DNA from: Anaerolineae bacterium
Lineage (GTDB): Bacteria; Chloroflexota; Anaerolineae; B4-G1; SLSP01
Direction of reading: 5' to 3'
Assembly: GCA_049975525.1 (NCBI GenBank)
Contig: JBNGCW010000013.1
Span: forward strand, 5,004 to 69,003
Length of the DNA: 64,000 nt
A program made the position numbers and the translations under genes. Within the stretch, counting starts at the first letter, position 1. Each line of letters starts with the position of its first letter. This document shows, in pieces, positions 25,041 through 33,892 of this stretch. The notes beneath the pieces are model-generated. The model saw only the letters and a list, made by a program, of their open reading frames with translations, made no database searches and was not told the origin of the DNA.

Positions 25041-25229
25041 GATGCCTCCTTTTGTAGATACAGTTCACAATGTGCACCGAGAGTGCCAGAACCAACTGGG
25101 AGCGTCCAACCTTGGGCTTAGTCAGAGAGGACCGGTTTCATCACCTGCGTCACCGTTTCTACGGAAAGAGGGCCTCCACGGCCCAAGGGATACCCTACTG
25201 GGTCGGACCTCTTCAGTACCTGGCTTTCC

Positions 25230-25258
25230 AGTATAACACTATCTTCATCGATATACAA
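25230..25258 (-). promoter_or_regulatory. Putative promoter TTGTAT-N17-TATACT for cfa (minus strand)
   Basis: Reverse complement of 25253-25258 is TTGTAT and of 25230-25235 is TATACT, with a 17-nt spacer. This implies a leader of about 180 nt. Confidence 0.4.
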
Positions 25259-25332
25259 TCGCGCAGTATACCAAGCGTAACCGAGCGCAGCGAAGTGCGG
25301 CTTCCCATTCGTTCACCCGCCGGCGGAGCAGG

Positions 25333-25360
25333 TTGTCCTCGCTTCAGGTGATGCTATAAT
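25333..25360 (+). promoter_or_regulatory. Putative promoter TTGTCC-N16-TGcTATAAT for the glmU-like gene
   Basis: Extended -10 TGCTATAAT at 25352-25360 and -35-like TTGTCC at 25333-25338. This implies a leader of about 175 nt. Confidence 0.45.
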
Positions 25361-25543
25361 GAGCGGTCCATAAGAGAGAAATATCGGTTTAGTCTTCTGA
25401 GGTGCGACGCACTTTCGCCGAAGTTCACGAGCCGGGGACGCCTGAACCATGCGCGGTTTGTTTCGATCCGTTAAGTGCGTTGCACCTGGACACTCACCAA
25501 CCTGAACGGTTGCAGAGAGAAGACCCACCCTGGGGAGACACGT

Positions 25544-26788
25544 ATGAAACTTGCACTCGTGATGTTGGCCCATGATCCCGCGCCGCGCTTTCACGCCCAT
25601 GCGCCCAAGGTGCTGCACCCGCTGGCGGGACGGCCCATGCTCCGCTACACGCTGGATCTGGCCCACCGGCTGAAGGCTCACCCCATCCTCGTGAGCGCAC
25701 CTCAAAGCGAGGCGGCGCTCCGCGCGGTCGCCGGCGAGGATGTGCCCTGCGTGACCGTTCCGGCGGCAGAAGGGCTCGCCGGCGCGTTGCACCGCGCGCT
25801 GGTGCGGTTGGAAACACCTCCGGACGCGCTGATCGCGCTGCCCCCCGACATGCCTTTGCTGCGCGTCGAGACCCTGCAGGCCCTGCTGGAACAGCGCGCG
25901 TCCGACGCCGTCCCTGTCCTGCGCCTCGGCACCACACCCGTCTTCGCCCTGGGACGCGAAGCCGCGCTCAAGTGCCGGACGCAGGAGCTGCCGGCGCTCG
26001 AGGGCTGGTTGAAACCCTTTACCGAGGCACCCGGCGCAGCGCTCACCGACGACGCTCTGCAGCTGCTGCGCATCGAGACGCGCGTGGATTTAAGCCGCGC
26101 GCTGCAGGCCTTACGCATCCGCATCAACGAGCGCTGGATGCTGACAGGCGTGACGTTGATCGATCCGGCGACGACCTATATTGACGTGGACGTCACCATC
26201 GGCCCGGAGACGGTCATCGCGCCCAACACCCACCTGCGCGGAGCGACGACCATCGGCGAAGCGTGTCAGATCGGACCGAACACCCTGATCGAGAGCTGCA
26301 CCATCGGCGATCGCTGTAAGGTATTGGCCTCCGTGCTGGAATACGCCATCATGGAGGATGACAGCGACATCGGTCCTTTCGGGCACCTGCGCAAGGGCGC
26401 ACGCCTCTGCGAAGGCGCGCACATGGGCAATTTCGGCGAGATGAAGAACAGCACCCTGGGCCCCGGCGCGAAGATGGGACATTTCAGCTATTTGGGCGAC
26501 GCCGAGGTAGGCGCAGGCGCCAACATCGGGGCCGGCACCATCACCTGCAACTACGACGGCAAACGCAAACACCGCACCACCATCGAAGAAGGCGCTTTCA
26601 TCGGCTCAGACACGCTGCTGGTGGCTCCGGTGACGGTCGGCGCCCACGCCAAAACAGGCGCCGGTTCGGTGGTGACCCACGACCTGCCGTCGGGCAGCCT
26701 GGCATACGGCGTACCCGCCCGCGTCAAGAGAGAGGGGATGAACGACACCGAGGAGAAACACGATGACAACCCCGACGATCAAGCCTGA
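25544..26788 (+). CDS. glmU: GlmU-like protein: intact left-handed beta-helix acetyltransferase domain, degenerate N-terminal nucleotidyltransferase domain
   Basis: C-terminal hexapeptide repeats and TCNYDGKRKHRTTIEEGAFIGSDT. The N-terminus reads LAHDPAPRFHAHAPKVLHPLAG where canonical GlmU has LAAGKGTRM..PKVLH.LAG. Confidence 0.8.
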   Translation: MKLALVMLAHDPAPRFHAHAPKVLHPLAGRPMLRYTLDLAHRLKAHPILVSAPQSEAALRAVAGEDVPCVTVPAAEGLAGALHRALVRLETPPDALIALPPDMPLLRVETLQALLEQRASDAVPVLRLGTTPVFALGREAALKCRTQELPALEGWLKPFTEAPGAALTDDALQLLRIETRVDLSRALQALRIRINERWMLTGVTLIDPATTYIDVDVTIGPETVIAPNTHLRGATTIGEACQIGPNTLIESCTIGDRCKVLASVLEYAIMEDDSDIGPFGHLRKGARLCEGAHMGNFGEMKNSTLGPGAKMGHFSYLGDAEVGAGANIGAGTITCNYDGKRKHRTTIEEGAFIGSDTLLVAPVTVGAHAKTGAGSVVTHDLPSGSLAYGVPARVKREGMNDTEEKHDDNPDDQA

Positions 26789-27167
26789 GATCTTGGTAGC
26801 GAAGGCCGCCGAGGCGCGCGAGCACGCTTACGCCCCCTACTCCCACTACAAAGTGGGCGCCGCCGTCCAGACGGAGGATGGACGGATCTTCACCGGCGCC
26901 AACGTGGAGAACGCCGTCTACCCGTTAACCCTTTGCGCGGAACGGGTCGCTATCACCAAAGCGATCTCCGAGGACGCCCGGCGGATCGTGGCCGTGGCTG
27001 TGGTCACCGCCAACGGCGGTACTCCCTGTGGCGCGTGTCGTCAGGTGATGCGCGAGTTCGGCGAGCCGGAGATGCCTGTGTTCGTCGGGACGTCCGAGGG
27101 ACATTACCGCGAGTGGACGTTGGAACAGCTGCTGCCGGCCAGCTTCTCGGCGGAGGACCTGGGTTAA
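26763..27167 (+). CDS. cdd: Cytidine deaminase
   Basis: Zinc motifs CAERVAI and PCGACRQVM. Typical length of about 130 aa. Confidence 0.9.
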   Translation: MTTPTIKPEILVAKAAEAREHAYAPYSHYKVGAAVQTEDGRIFTGANVENAVYPLTLCAERVAITKAISEDARRIVAVAVVTANGGTPCGACRQVMREFGEPEMPVFVGTSEGHYREWTLEQLLPASFSAEDLG

Positions 27168-27292
27168 AGCAAAGTCGGCCCATCCTTGCCATGCCAGGCC
27201 GGCAGGTTATTGGGGTCTACACACCTTTGTGGGGACATGTCGATCGGGCTTACACTTTCCCTAACATGACTTCGTTCATTGCGTAGCCCCGA

Positions 27293-27320
27293 TTGTTTTT
27301 GCCCCCATCCCGGCTATAAT
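27293..27320 (+). promoter_or_regulatory. Putative promoter TTGTTT-N16-TATAAT for the metalloprotease gene
   Basis: Hexamers at 27293-27298 and 27315-27320. Confidence 0.4.
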
Positions 27321-27407
27321 GACGGTCACGTCTCGTAGGCAGGCGGGCGGAAGAGCAAGGGCAGCGCCCACAACCTGGGATTTCTAGTCGGTCATCCCCT
27401 ATATCTG

Positions 27408-27465
27408 GTGGTTTTGGCCGCGAATTTTCCCACATGTGGGGCAAGTTTTGGAGAAATCCGATTTT
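27408..27465. repeat. 58-nt intergenic repeat element, copy B (inverted relative to 13079-13136)
   Basis: GTGGTTTTGGCCGCGAATTTTCCCACATGTGGGGCAAGTTTTGGAGAAATCCGATTTT. Contains the palindromes CCCACATGTGGG and AAATCCGATTT. Confidence 0.85.
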
Positions 27466-27501
27466 TATGCGTTGTTTCTGCTTTTGAAGGAAAGGATCAA
27501 C

Positions 27502-29568
27502 ATGGAAAACAACCGCACCTGGATCATTGTAGCCGTCGTGATAGGGGTTCTGTTCCTGCTGTGCACTTGCTGCACGGTCAGCGCAGGTCTCCTTCTTGTC
27601 TTGAACAACCAAAATCCGTCAAAGCCCCAGCCGACCCCGACCGAAGAGAATGTGGAGCTGCCCCTTACGCCGGCCCCCTCCCCACCGCCCAAGGCCTTGG
27701 AAACTCTGGACGCCATCCAGGAAACTGTCGTACCGCAGGCCGACATCCACGATCTGGGCATCCGTCTGCTGGGCATCGATCCCAACACCCCGCGCGTGGC
27801 CTCCACCGAGAACCCGGACTATCCCCTGGGCACCGTGCGGCGATTTCACGCCTCCAACGTGGACACGGAAGAACAATTCGAGGTCGATGCCGAGTTGCGC
27901 TACAAGACCCCCCACCTCTACATGTGGGTGGAAAAGGGCATCTCCGTCAACGAAGAAGCCCTGCGGGAAGCTGCCGACCTCTTCGAGGAACATACCTATC
28001 CAACCAACCGTAACTTTTTCGGCTCAGAATGGACGCCGGGCGTGGACGGCGATCCGCACCTCAGCGTACTGCACGCGACCAACCTGGGCGCTACCGTTGC
28101 CGGCTACTTTTCCAGCCCGGACGAGTACGTCCAGGAGGTGCGCAGCGACTCCAACGAGATGGAGATGTTCTACATCAACCTGGATAACATCACCATCGGC
28201 AGCGATTTCTACAACGGCGTGTTGGCCCACGAGTTCCAGCACATGATCCACTGGTACAACGACCGCAACGAAGAGACCTGGCTCAACGAAGGCTGTTCAG
28301 AGCTGGCCATGGCCCTCAACGACCGCGCCTACAAGCCCGGCTACTACGAGGTCGGCGGCAGCGACATCTCCTACGCCTACGCGCCGGACACCCAGTTGAC
28401 CACCTGGCCCGAGGGCACGGCCGGGGACGCCTCCGCCAACTACGGTGCCGCCTATCTCTTCATGGAGTACTTCCTGGAGCGCTATGGAGAGACAGCGACC
28501 CAGGCGCTGGTGGCCCACGACACCAACGGCATGGAGAGCATCGACGCCACGCTGGCGAGTCTGGGGAAATCGGAGAACCACAAGGCCCTCCTCGCCGAGT
28601 GGATCGTGGCCAACCTCCTCGACGATCCCAGCCTGGCGGACGGGCGCTACGGCTACCGACGCATCGATCCTTACACCCCCTACGTGGACATCGCCTACGG
28701 TCGCCAGGATTACCCGGTTGCCCACAGCAGCGCCGTTCACCAGTACGGTGTGGATTACGTCGAGATTGAGGCGCAGACGCCCCTTTCCTTCACCTTCAGC
28801 GGCACATCGACGGTCAAGCTGATGAACACGGACGCTTACAGTGGCCAATACCTCTGGTGGTCCAACCGCAGTGACGAGTCTGACAGTATGCTGACACGGC
28901 GGGTGGACCTGAGCGCGGCAGAGCAGGCCGAACTCTCCTTCAAAGCCTGGTACCACATCGAAGAGGACTGGGACTACGCCTATCTCCTCGTCGGCACCAC
29001 CGAGAGCGGTGTCCTCCCCGAGGATCTGCATAGTACGGAGATCCGGTGGACGATCTTGAATGACGCGCGACTGGACTGCACCACCACCGATCCCAACGGC
29101 AACAACTACGGCTGCGGCCTGACGGGGCAGAGCGGCGGCTGGCAAACCCTCCATGCCGATTTGACAGACTTCGTCGGACAGGAGATTGCGCTGCGCTTTG
29201 AGTACATCACCGACGCAGCCGTCAATCAACCCGGCCTGGCATTGGACGACATCGTCCTCACCGTCGATGGGGAAAACGTCTTTCAAGACGACGCCGAAGA
29301 GCCGGACCCGGCCTGGAGCGCAGAGGGATTCGTACGCCACGCCAACGTCCTGGCTCAGGAGTGGATAGTGCAGCTGGTGGTCTACGAACACGGCGGGCCG
29401 GTCGTCACGCCGCTCCTGCAACCCGCCGAAGGCCTCACCCACGGCAGTTGGGTGCTCCCCCTGGGAGACAACGCCGATCAAGCCGTGATCGCCATTTCGG
29501 CGCTGGCGCCCGTCACCACCGAAAACGCACCCTACACGTTCTCCCTCACGCCGGCGACAACCCCGTGA
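27502..29568 (+). CDS. Membrane-anchored zinc metalloprotease (gluzincin, HEXXH...NEG)
   Basis: N-terminal TM helix (WIIVAVVIGVLFLLCTCC), Pro-rich linker, HEFQHMIHW followed 18 residues later by LNEGCSE. Start at ATG 27502 after aaggaaaggatcaac. Confidence 0.75.
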   Translation: MENNRTWIIVAVVIGVLFLLCTCCTVSAGLLLVLNNQNPSKPQPTPTEENVELPLTPAPSPPPKALETLDAIQETVVPQADIHDLGIRLLGIDPNTPRVASTENPDYPLGTVRRFHASNVDTEEQFEVDAELRYKTPHLYMWVEKGISVNEEALREAADLFEEHTYPTNRNFFGSEWTPGVDGDPHLSVLHATNLGATVAGYFSSPDEYVQEVRSDSNEMEMFYINLDNITIGSDFYNGVLAHEFQHMIHWYNDRNEETWLNEGCSELAMALNDRAYKPGYYEVGGSDISYAYAPDTQLTTWPEGTAGDASANYGAAYLFMEYFLERYGETATQALVAHDTNGMESIDATLASLGKSENHKALLAEWIVANLLDDPSLADGRYGYRRIDPYTPYVDIAYGRQDYPVAHSSAVHQYGVDYVEIEAQTPLSFTFSGTSTVKLMNTDAYSGQYLWWSNRSDESDSMLTRRVDLSAAEQAELSFKAWYHIEEDWDYAYLLVGTTESGVLPEDLHSTEIRWTILNDARLDCTTTDPNGNNYGCGLTGQSGGWQTLHADLTDFVGQEIALRFEYITDAAVNQPGLALDDIVLTVDGENVFQDDAEEPDPAWSAEGFVRHANVLAQEWIVQLVVYEHGGPVVTPLLQPAEGLTHGSWVLPLGDNADQAVIAISALAPVTTENAPYTFSLTPATTP

Positions 29569-30434
29569 CCTCCTCCGCCCCCATCGGCCTCTTCGACTCC
29601 GGCGTAGGCGGGCTTTCGGTCTGGCGCGAGGTGGTGCGTCAGCTGCCGGCAGAGAGCACGCTGTACTTCGCCGACCAGGCTCACGTGCCCTACGGCCCTC
29701 GGCCCGTGGCGGAGGTGCGTGACTACGCGAAGACCATCACGCGCTTCCTGCTCGCCCAGGGCGCTAAATTGATCGTCGTCGCCTGCAACACCGCCTCCGG
29801 CGCGGCCCTCCACGCCCTGCGGGCCACCTTCCCCACCGTTCCCTTCGTGGGCATGGAACCGGCGATCAAACCGGCGGTGGAACGCACCCACAGCGGTGTC
29901 GTCGGCGTCATCGCCACCCCGGCCACCTTCCAAGGTCGGCTCTTCCGGGACCTGGTGCGACGTTTCGCCACCCAGGCCCGGCTGGAGACCCAAATCTGCC
30001 CCGGCCTGGTCACGGCCGTTGAAGAGGGTGCACTGGACACGCCGGAGACCCGTGCCCTGCTGCACCGCTACCTCGATCCCATGACCGCCCGGGACATCGA
30101 CCACCTGGTGCTGGGCTGCACGCATTATCCTTTTCTGACCAAGACCATCGCCGAGGTCGTGGGGCCGGACGTGACACTCGTCGATCCGGCGCCCGCCGTG
30201 GCCCGTCAGGTGGGCCGGCTGCTGCAACAAGGCGATTTGCAGGCCGGGGAGAACCAGGCGGCCCACCACCGCTTCTACACCTCAGGGGATCCCCGAAACC
30301 TGGCCCGCATGGCGAAGAGGCTGGTCCACTACACCGGCGTGGTCCAAGGAGTCCACTGGCGGACGGACGGCACGGGCATCGAAGCGGATCCTCAGGCGCT
30401 TTTCTACGCCGAGGAGACCTCCGCGCCGAAGTGA
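29565..30434 (+). CDS. murI: Glutamate racemase
   Basis: IGLFDSGVGGLSV, VVACNTASG, LGCTHYPFL. The GTG start overlaps the upstream stop (GTGA). Confidence 0.9.
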   Translation: MTSSAPIGLFDSGVGGLSVWREVVRQLPAESTLYFADQAHVPYGPRPVAEVRDYAKTITRFLLAQGAKLIVVACNTASGAALHALRATFPTVPFVGMEPAIKPAVERTHSGVVGVIATPATFQGRLFRDLVRRFATQARLETQICPGLVTAVEEGALDTPETRALLHRYLDPMTARDIDHLVLGCTHYPFLTKTIAEVVGPDVTLVDPAPAVARQVGRLLQQGDLQAGENQAAHHRFYTSGDPRNLARMAKRLVHYTGVVQGVHWRTDGTGIEADPQALFYAEETSAPK

Positions 30435-31456
30435 CGAGCCAGGTCATAGGGAGAGAAAACGCCCTTCTCCGTCACCACCGCGCCGACGAGCGCCGGCGGG
30501 GTCACGTCAAAGGCGGGGTAGTAGCCTTGCACGCCTCCCTTCGCCGTCCGCACCCCCATGGCGTAGAGCACCTCGTCGGGGTCGCGCTCCTCGATCTCCA
30601 CCGTGTCGAGGGTAGGATTCTGCGCCGAGGGCGTTCCCAAGACGTAGAAAGGCACGCCATGACGGTGTGCCACCGAGGCAATCTGATAGGTTCCGATCTT
30701 GTTGACCACGTGTCCGTCCAGGGTGATGACGTCGGCGGCACAGATAAAAGCGTCCACCATCCCCCGCGAGAGGACGTAGCCCGGCATGTTGTCGGTGATA
30801 AGCGTGACCGGCACGCCAATCTCGACGGCGACGCTGGCGGTGAGCCGCGCGCCCTGCAGATAGGGCCGCGTCTCCGGCGCGATGAGCCGGACGTCACACC
30901 CGCGCTCCCTGGCCACCAGCAGCACGAAACCGATGAGCGTCTCGGCAAAGCACTGGGTCAGAAGGGTGCACTGATCTTCCGGCAGCAGATCCACCGCGTA
31001 GGTGGCGATGGTGCGCGAGCGATTGTACCGCGCTTCGCGGCGCGCCTCGACGTAGGACAACGTCACACGCTCGGGATCGGCGCCGCGTGCCAGCGCCTCC
31101 TCAGCGACGGCGCGGATGCTCTCGACGTGGGCCACCATGCGTTGCGAGGTGGTGGGCCGCGCGTGGGAGAGCGCGTAGGCCGCTTCTCTCAACAGCGTGC
31201 GGGCCTCGTCCTCGGGCAAATCGCGGGCGGAGCGGGCGGCGCTTACCATGCCCATCGCCGCCGCCATCCACGGGCCGCCGCTCTGCGTCACCATATCGGT
31301 GATGGCCTGCGCCACCTCGATGTAATCCTCACAACGCACGTACTCGACTTTGCGCGGGTAGACACGGCGATCCAAAATATAGACCTCACCGTCCTCATAA
31401 CGGGCGACGTTTTCGTATTTGAGTAAAAAACCTAATCCATCGTCTGCGCGCGACAT
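30404..31456 (-). CDS. eIF-2B alpha/beta/delta-related sugar-phosphate isomerase family protein (MtnA / ribose-1,5-bisphosphate isomerase-like, divergent)
   Basis: Family-like pattern YEDGEVYILDRRVYP, CAADVITLDGHVVNKIGTYQIA, VPFYV. Start at ATG 31456 (MSRADDG), 6 nt after AAGGAGG. Confidence 0.7.
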   Translation of the reverse strand: MSRADDGLGFLLKYENVARYEDGEVYILDRRVYPRKVEYVRCEDYIEVAQAITDMVTQSGGPWMAAAMGMVSAARSARDLPEDEARTLLREAAYALSHARPTTSQRMVAHVESIRAVAEEALARGADPERVTLSYVEARREARYNRSRTIATYAVDLLPEDQCTLLTQCFAETLIGFVLLVARERGCDVRLIAPETRPYLQGARLTASVAVEIGVPVTLITDNMPGYVLSRGMVDAFICAADVITLDGHVVNKIGTYQIASVAHRHGVPFYVLGTPSAQNPTLDTVEIEERDPDEVLYAMGVRTAKGGVQGYYPAFDVTPPALVGAVVTEKGVFSPYDLARHFGAEVSSA

Positions 31457-31488
31457 GCATGCCTCCTTAGCCGTTGATCCTCGCACTC

Positions 31489-32499
31489 TCATGACTCATG
31501 TTGCCAAATTTCGCGGACGTAGTAAGGAGGCTTGTTCTGGGCCTCGTAGTACGTCCGCATGATCATCTCACCCAACAAGCCCATCATCAGGAACTGCACA
31601 CTCAACAAGATCAGCAAGAACCCCAAAAAGAAAAGGGGACGGTTGCCGATCTGATAGGCGTTGAATGCTGCCGGGCCGCCGGTCAGCCCATGAAAGATTT
31701 TCATCAGCGCCAGCCCACCATCGATGAGCAGACCGGACAGGCCGCTGAGAAAAGCAATGCTTCCGAAAAGACGCATAGGGCTGGTGAAGAAGCCCAGCAT
31801 AAAGGCCACCGTGATCAGATCCAGCAGCACCCTCGGCGTACGCGAGATGGCGCCGTACTTAGAGCGCCCGGAGCGACGACGGCGATCGTTGACGGGGATC
31901 TCCGCCACGCGCGCCCCCACCGTGCTGACGATCTCCGGCAGGAAGCGATGCAGCTCCCCGTAGAGCCGGATGTGCCCCACCAGATCCGCTTTGAAGAGCT
32001 TGAGGGAACAGCCGCGATCGTGGAGCTGCAGACCGGTCACACGGTTGATGATCGCATTGGCGCATCCGGAGAGTAAGCGGCGGAGCAGCGACTCCCGGCG
32101 GTCGACGCGCCAGCCCACGACGATGTCATACGCCCCCTTTTCAAGCTCCGCCACCAGCCGCGGAATGTCGGCGGGATCGTTCTGTCCATCGGCATCCAGC
32201 GTAACGATCAAGGCACCCTGCGCGTGATCGAAACCGGCGGTGAAAGCTGCGGTCTGCCCGAAGTTGCGGCGAAAGCGAACCACCCGCACGTGCGTGTCGC
32301 GCTCGTAGAGTCGGCGGAGCGCCTCGGCGCTGCCGTCGCTGCTGCCGTCATCCACGAAGAGAATCTCGTACCGCGACGTCAGCGTCTCCAGCACCGCGCG
32401 CAGTTCCTCGTGAAGAGGGGCGACGTTGGCCTCCTCGTTGTACACAGGAACGACGACGGAAAGATCGAGGGGCGGCGGCATTGTGGAACTCTCAGACAT
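31489..32499 (-). CDS. GT2 polyprenyl-phosphate glycosyltransferase (GtrB/ArnC/DPM1-like) with C-terminal TM helices
   Basis: VVVPVYNEEANV, DDGSSDGS and DADGQNDP, plus two C-terminal hydrophobic helices. Confidence 0.9.
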   Translation of the reverse strand: MSESSTMPPPLDLSVVVPVYNEEANVAPLHEELRAVLETLTSRYEILFVDDGSSDGSAEALRRLYERDTHVRVVRFRRNFGQTAAFTAGFDHAQGALIVTLDADGQNDPADIPRLVAELEKGAYDIVVGWRVDRRESLLRRLLSGCANAIINRVTGLQLHDRGCSLKLFKADLVGHIRLYGELHRFLPEIVSTVGARVAEIPVNDRRRRSGRSKYGAISRTPRVLLDLITVAFMLGFFTSPMRLFGSIAFLSGLSGLLIDGGLALMKIFHGLTGGPAAFNAYQIGNRPLFFLGFLLILLSVQFLMMGLLGEMIMRTYYEAQNKPPYYVREIWQHES

Positions 32500-33457
32500 G
32501 AACGGCTAACTCCTTAGCGTTGGATACCGCGTACAACAGCCCGCCCAGCAAACCGACGATCACGTGGCTCAGCGTGTAGTTGAGCAGCGACATGGCGACC
32601 GCCGTCGTCTCCGGCACCCCCACCGCACCGAAGAGCAATACGTAGGTCTGCTCGCGCACACCCAACCCGCCCACCGAAATAGGCAGGGCCAGCGAGAAGG
32701 AGATCAAGGGGGTGAAGAGCAAAAAAACGCCCAGCGGCTGACGGACCCCCAAAGCAGCGGCGACGAGGACGTTAAAGGCGATGAGCAGAAGATCAAACAC
32801 CAGGGAGACGAGAGAGGCACGGGCCAACGCCGGGTAGCCCAGCTCGGCGACGGCGTGGGCAAAGCGTTCCACCTTCTCCCGCCCCGGCCATTTCACCCTG
32901 CGTCCCAGCCACGGCAGCAGCGGCGACGTCACGACCACCCACCCTCCCACGACGCCGACCGCCGCAATCGCGCCGATCACCGGTGTCCATCCCGGCGGCA
33001 GCAGCCCCCCACTGAAGGGCAGCGCCACCAGCGCCAGGGCGAAGAGCACCCACAGGCCCATGGCGCGGTCCACCAGCGTCGTGCCCACCGCCTCGGGGCC
33101 GCGCTGCGTGCTCTGCGTCAACTCCGCCATCCGTACCGCGTCGCCACCCAGGCCGCTGGGCAGAAAGATGTTGAAGAAGGCGCCCACGAAGTAAAGATAA
33201 ATCAGCCGCCGCAACAGCACCTCCATCTCCAGCGCCTGCAGCAGCGCCTGCCAGCGCACGGCCCGCAGCGCCGTGCCCAGCACGATCAGCAAGCCGGCGA
33301 TCAGCAGATACTCCCACCGTGCCCCGCGCAGCGTCGCCCAGAGCTGCGCGAGATCAACCTGATAGCGCAGCAGATAGAACAACAGCCCCCCGCTGACCCC
33401 AACCTTCAACGCCGTCAGCCAACGGCGGTTGGCCCCCGGGGCAGTCAGTTCCGCCAC
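32492..33457 (-). CDS. Flippase-like membrane protein (lysyl-phosphatidylglycerol synthase TM-region family, UPF0104)
   Basis: Polytopic; RAVRWQALL...FFNIFLPSGLGGDAVRM is typical of the family. 8-nt overlap with the downstream GT2 gene. Confidence 0.7.
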   Translation of the reverse strand: MAELTAPGANRRWLTALKVGVSGGLLFYLLRYQVDLAQLWATLRGARWEYLLIAGLLIVLGTALRAVRWQALLQALEMEVLLRRLIYLYFVGAFFNIFLPSGLGGDAVRMAELTQSTQRGPEAVGTTLVDRAMGLWVLFALALVALPFSGGLLPPGWTPVIGAIAAVGVVGGWVVVTSPLLPWLGRRVKWPGREKVERFAHAVAELGYPALARASLVSLVFDLLLIAFNVLVAAALGVRQPLGVFLLFTPLISFSLALPISVGGLGVREQTYVLLFGAVGVPETTAVAMSLLNYTLSHVIVGLLGGLLYAVSNAKELAVHV

Positions 33458-33466
33458 GATCCCGCC

Positions 33467-33892
33467 TCACTCGCCGATGATCTTGACCAGGACGCGCTTG
33501 GGGCGGCGTCCATCGAATTCAGCGTAGAAGATCTGCTCCCACGGGCCGAAGTCCAGCTGCCCCCCGGTCACCGCCACGACGACCTCGCGCCCCATGACCT
33601 GTCGCTTGAGGTGCGCGTCGCCGTTGTCCTCGCCGGTGCGATTGTGCCGGTAGTGACTGATCGGCGCGTGCGGTGCCAGATCCTCCAACCAGTCCTCGTA
33701 ATCCTGCAACAGCCCCTCCTCGTCGTCGTTGATGTAGACGGAGGCGGTGATGTGCATCGCGTTGACGAGACAGAGCCCCTCCTGAATCCCACTCTCCCCC
33801 AGGCACTCCTCGACTTGCGGCGTGATGTTGACAAACGCCCGGCGCGTCGGCGTCTCGAACCAGAGCTCTTTGCGGTAGCTTTTCATGAGCAC
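33467..33892 (-). CDS. yjbQ: YjbQ/UPF0047 family protein (secondary thiamine-phosphate synthase-like)
   Basis: NITPQVEE...[23 protein letters not shown]...HL is the characteristic family pattern; about 140 aa. Confidence 0.85.
   Translation of the reverse strand: MLMKSYRKELWFETPTRRAFVNITPQVEECLGESGIQEGLCLVNAMHITASVYINDDEEGLLQDYEDWLEDLAPHAPISHYRHNRTGEDNGDAHLKRQVMGREVVVAVTGGQLDFGPWEQIFYAEFDGRRPKRVLVKIIGE

Noticed and set aside
25041-25229. SAM-I riboswitch in the cfa leader.
   Set aside because: Only short fragments (GUGGAGG, GAUGAAACC) resemble the consensus. The four-way-junction order of elements is not reproduced. It is kept only as an unclassified structured leader.
30431-31426. Long plus-strand ORFs opposite the minus-strand glycosylation, PTS and sugar genes. 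These are 30431-31426, 32564-33910, 34046-35443 (alternative frame), 36277-37356, 37661-38332, 53747-54559, 54824-55588, 59824-60663, 60536-61495 and 62192-63205.
   Set aside because: Same reasoning as above. The opposite-strand or other-frame genes carry clear family motifs (eIF-2B-like, flippase-like, GT-C-like, ptsI, ADH, aldolase, PTS IIC-IID), whereas these translate to low-complexity Arg/Pro/Gly/His-rich sequence.
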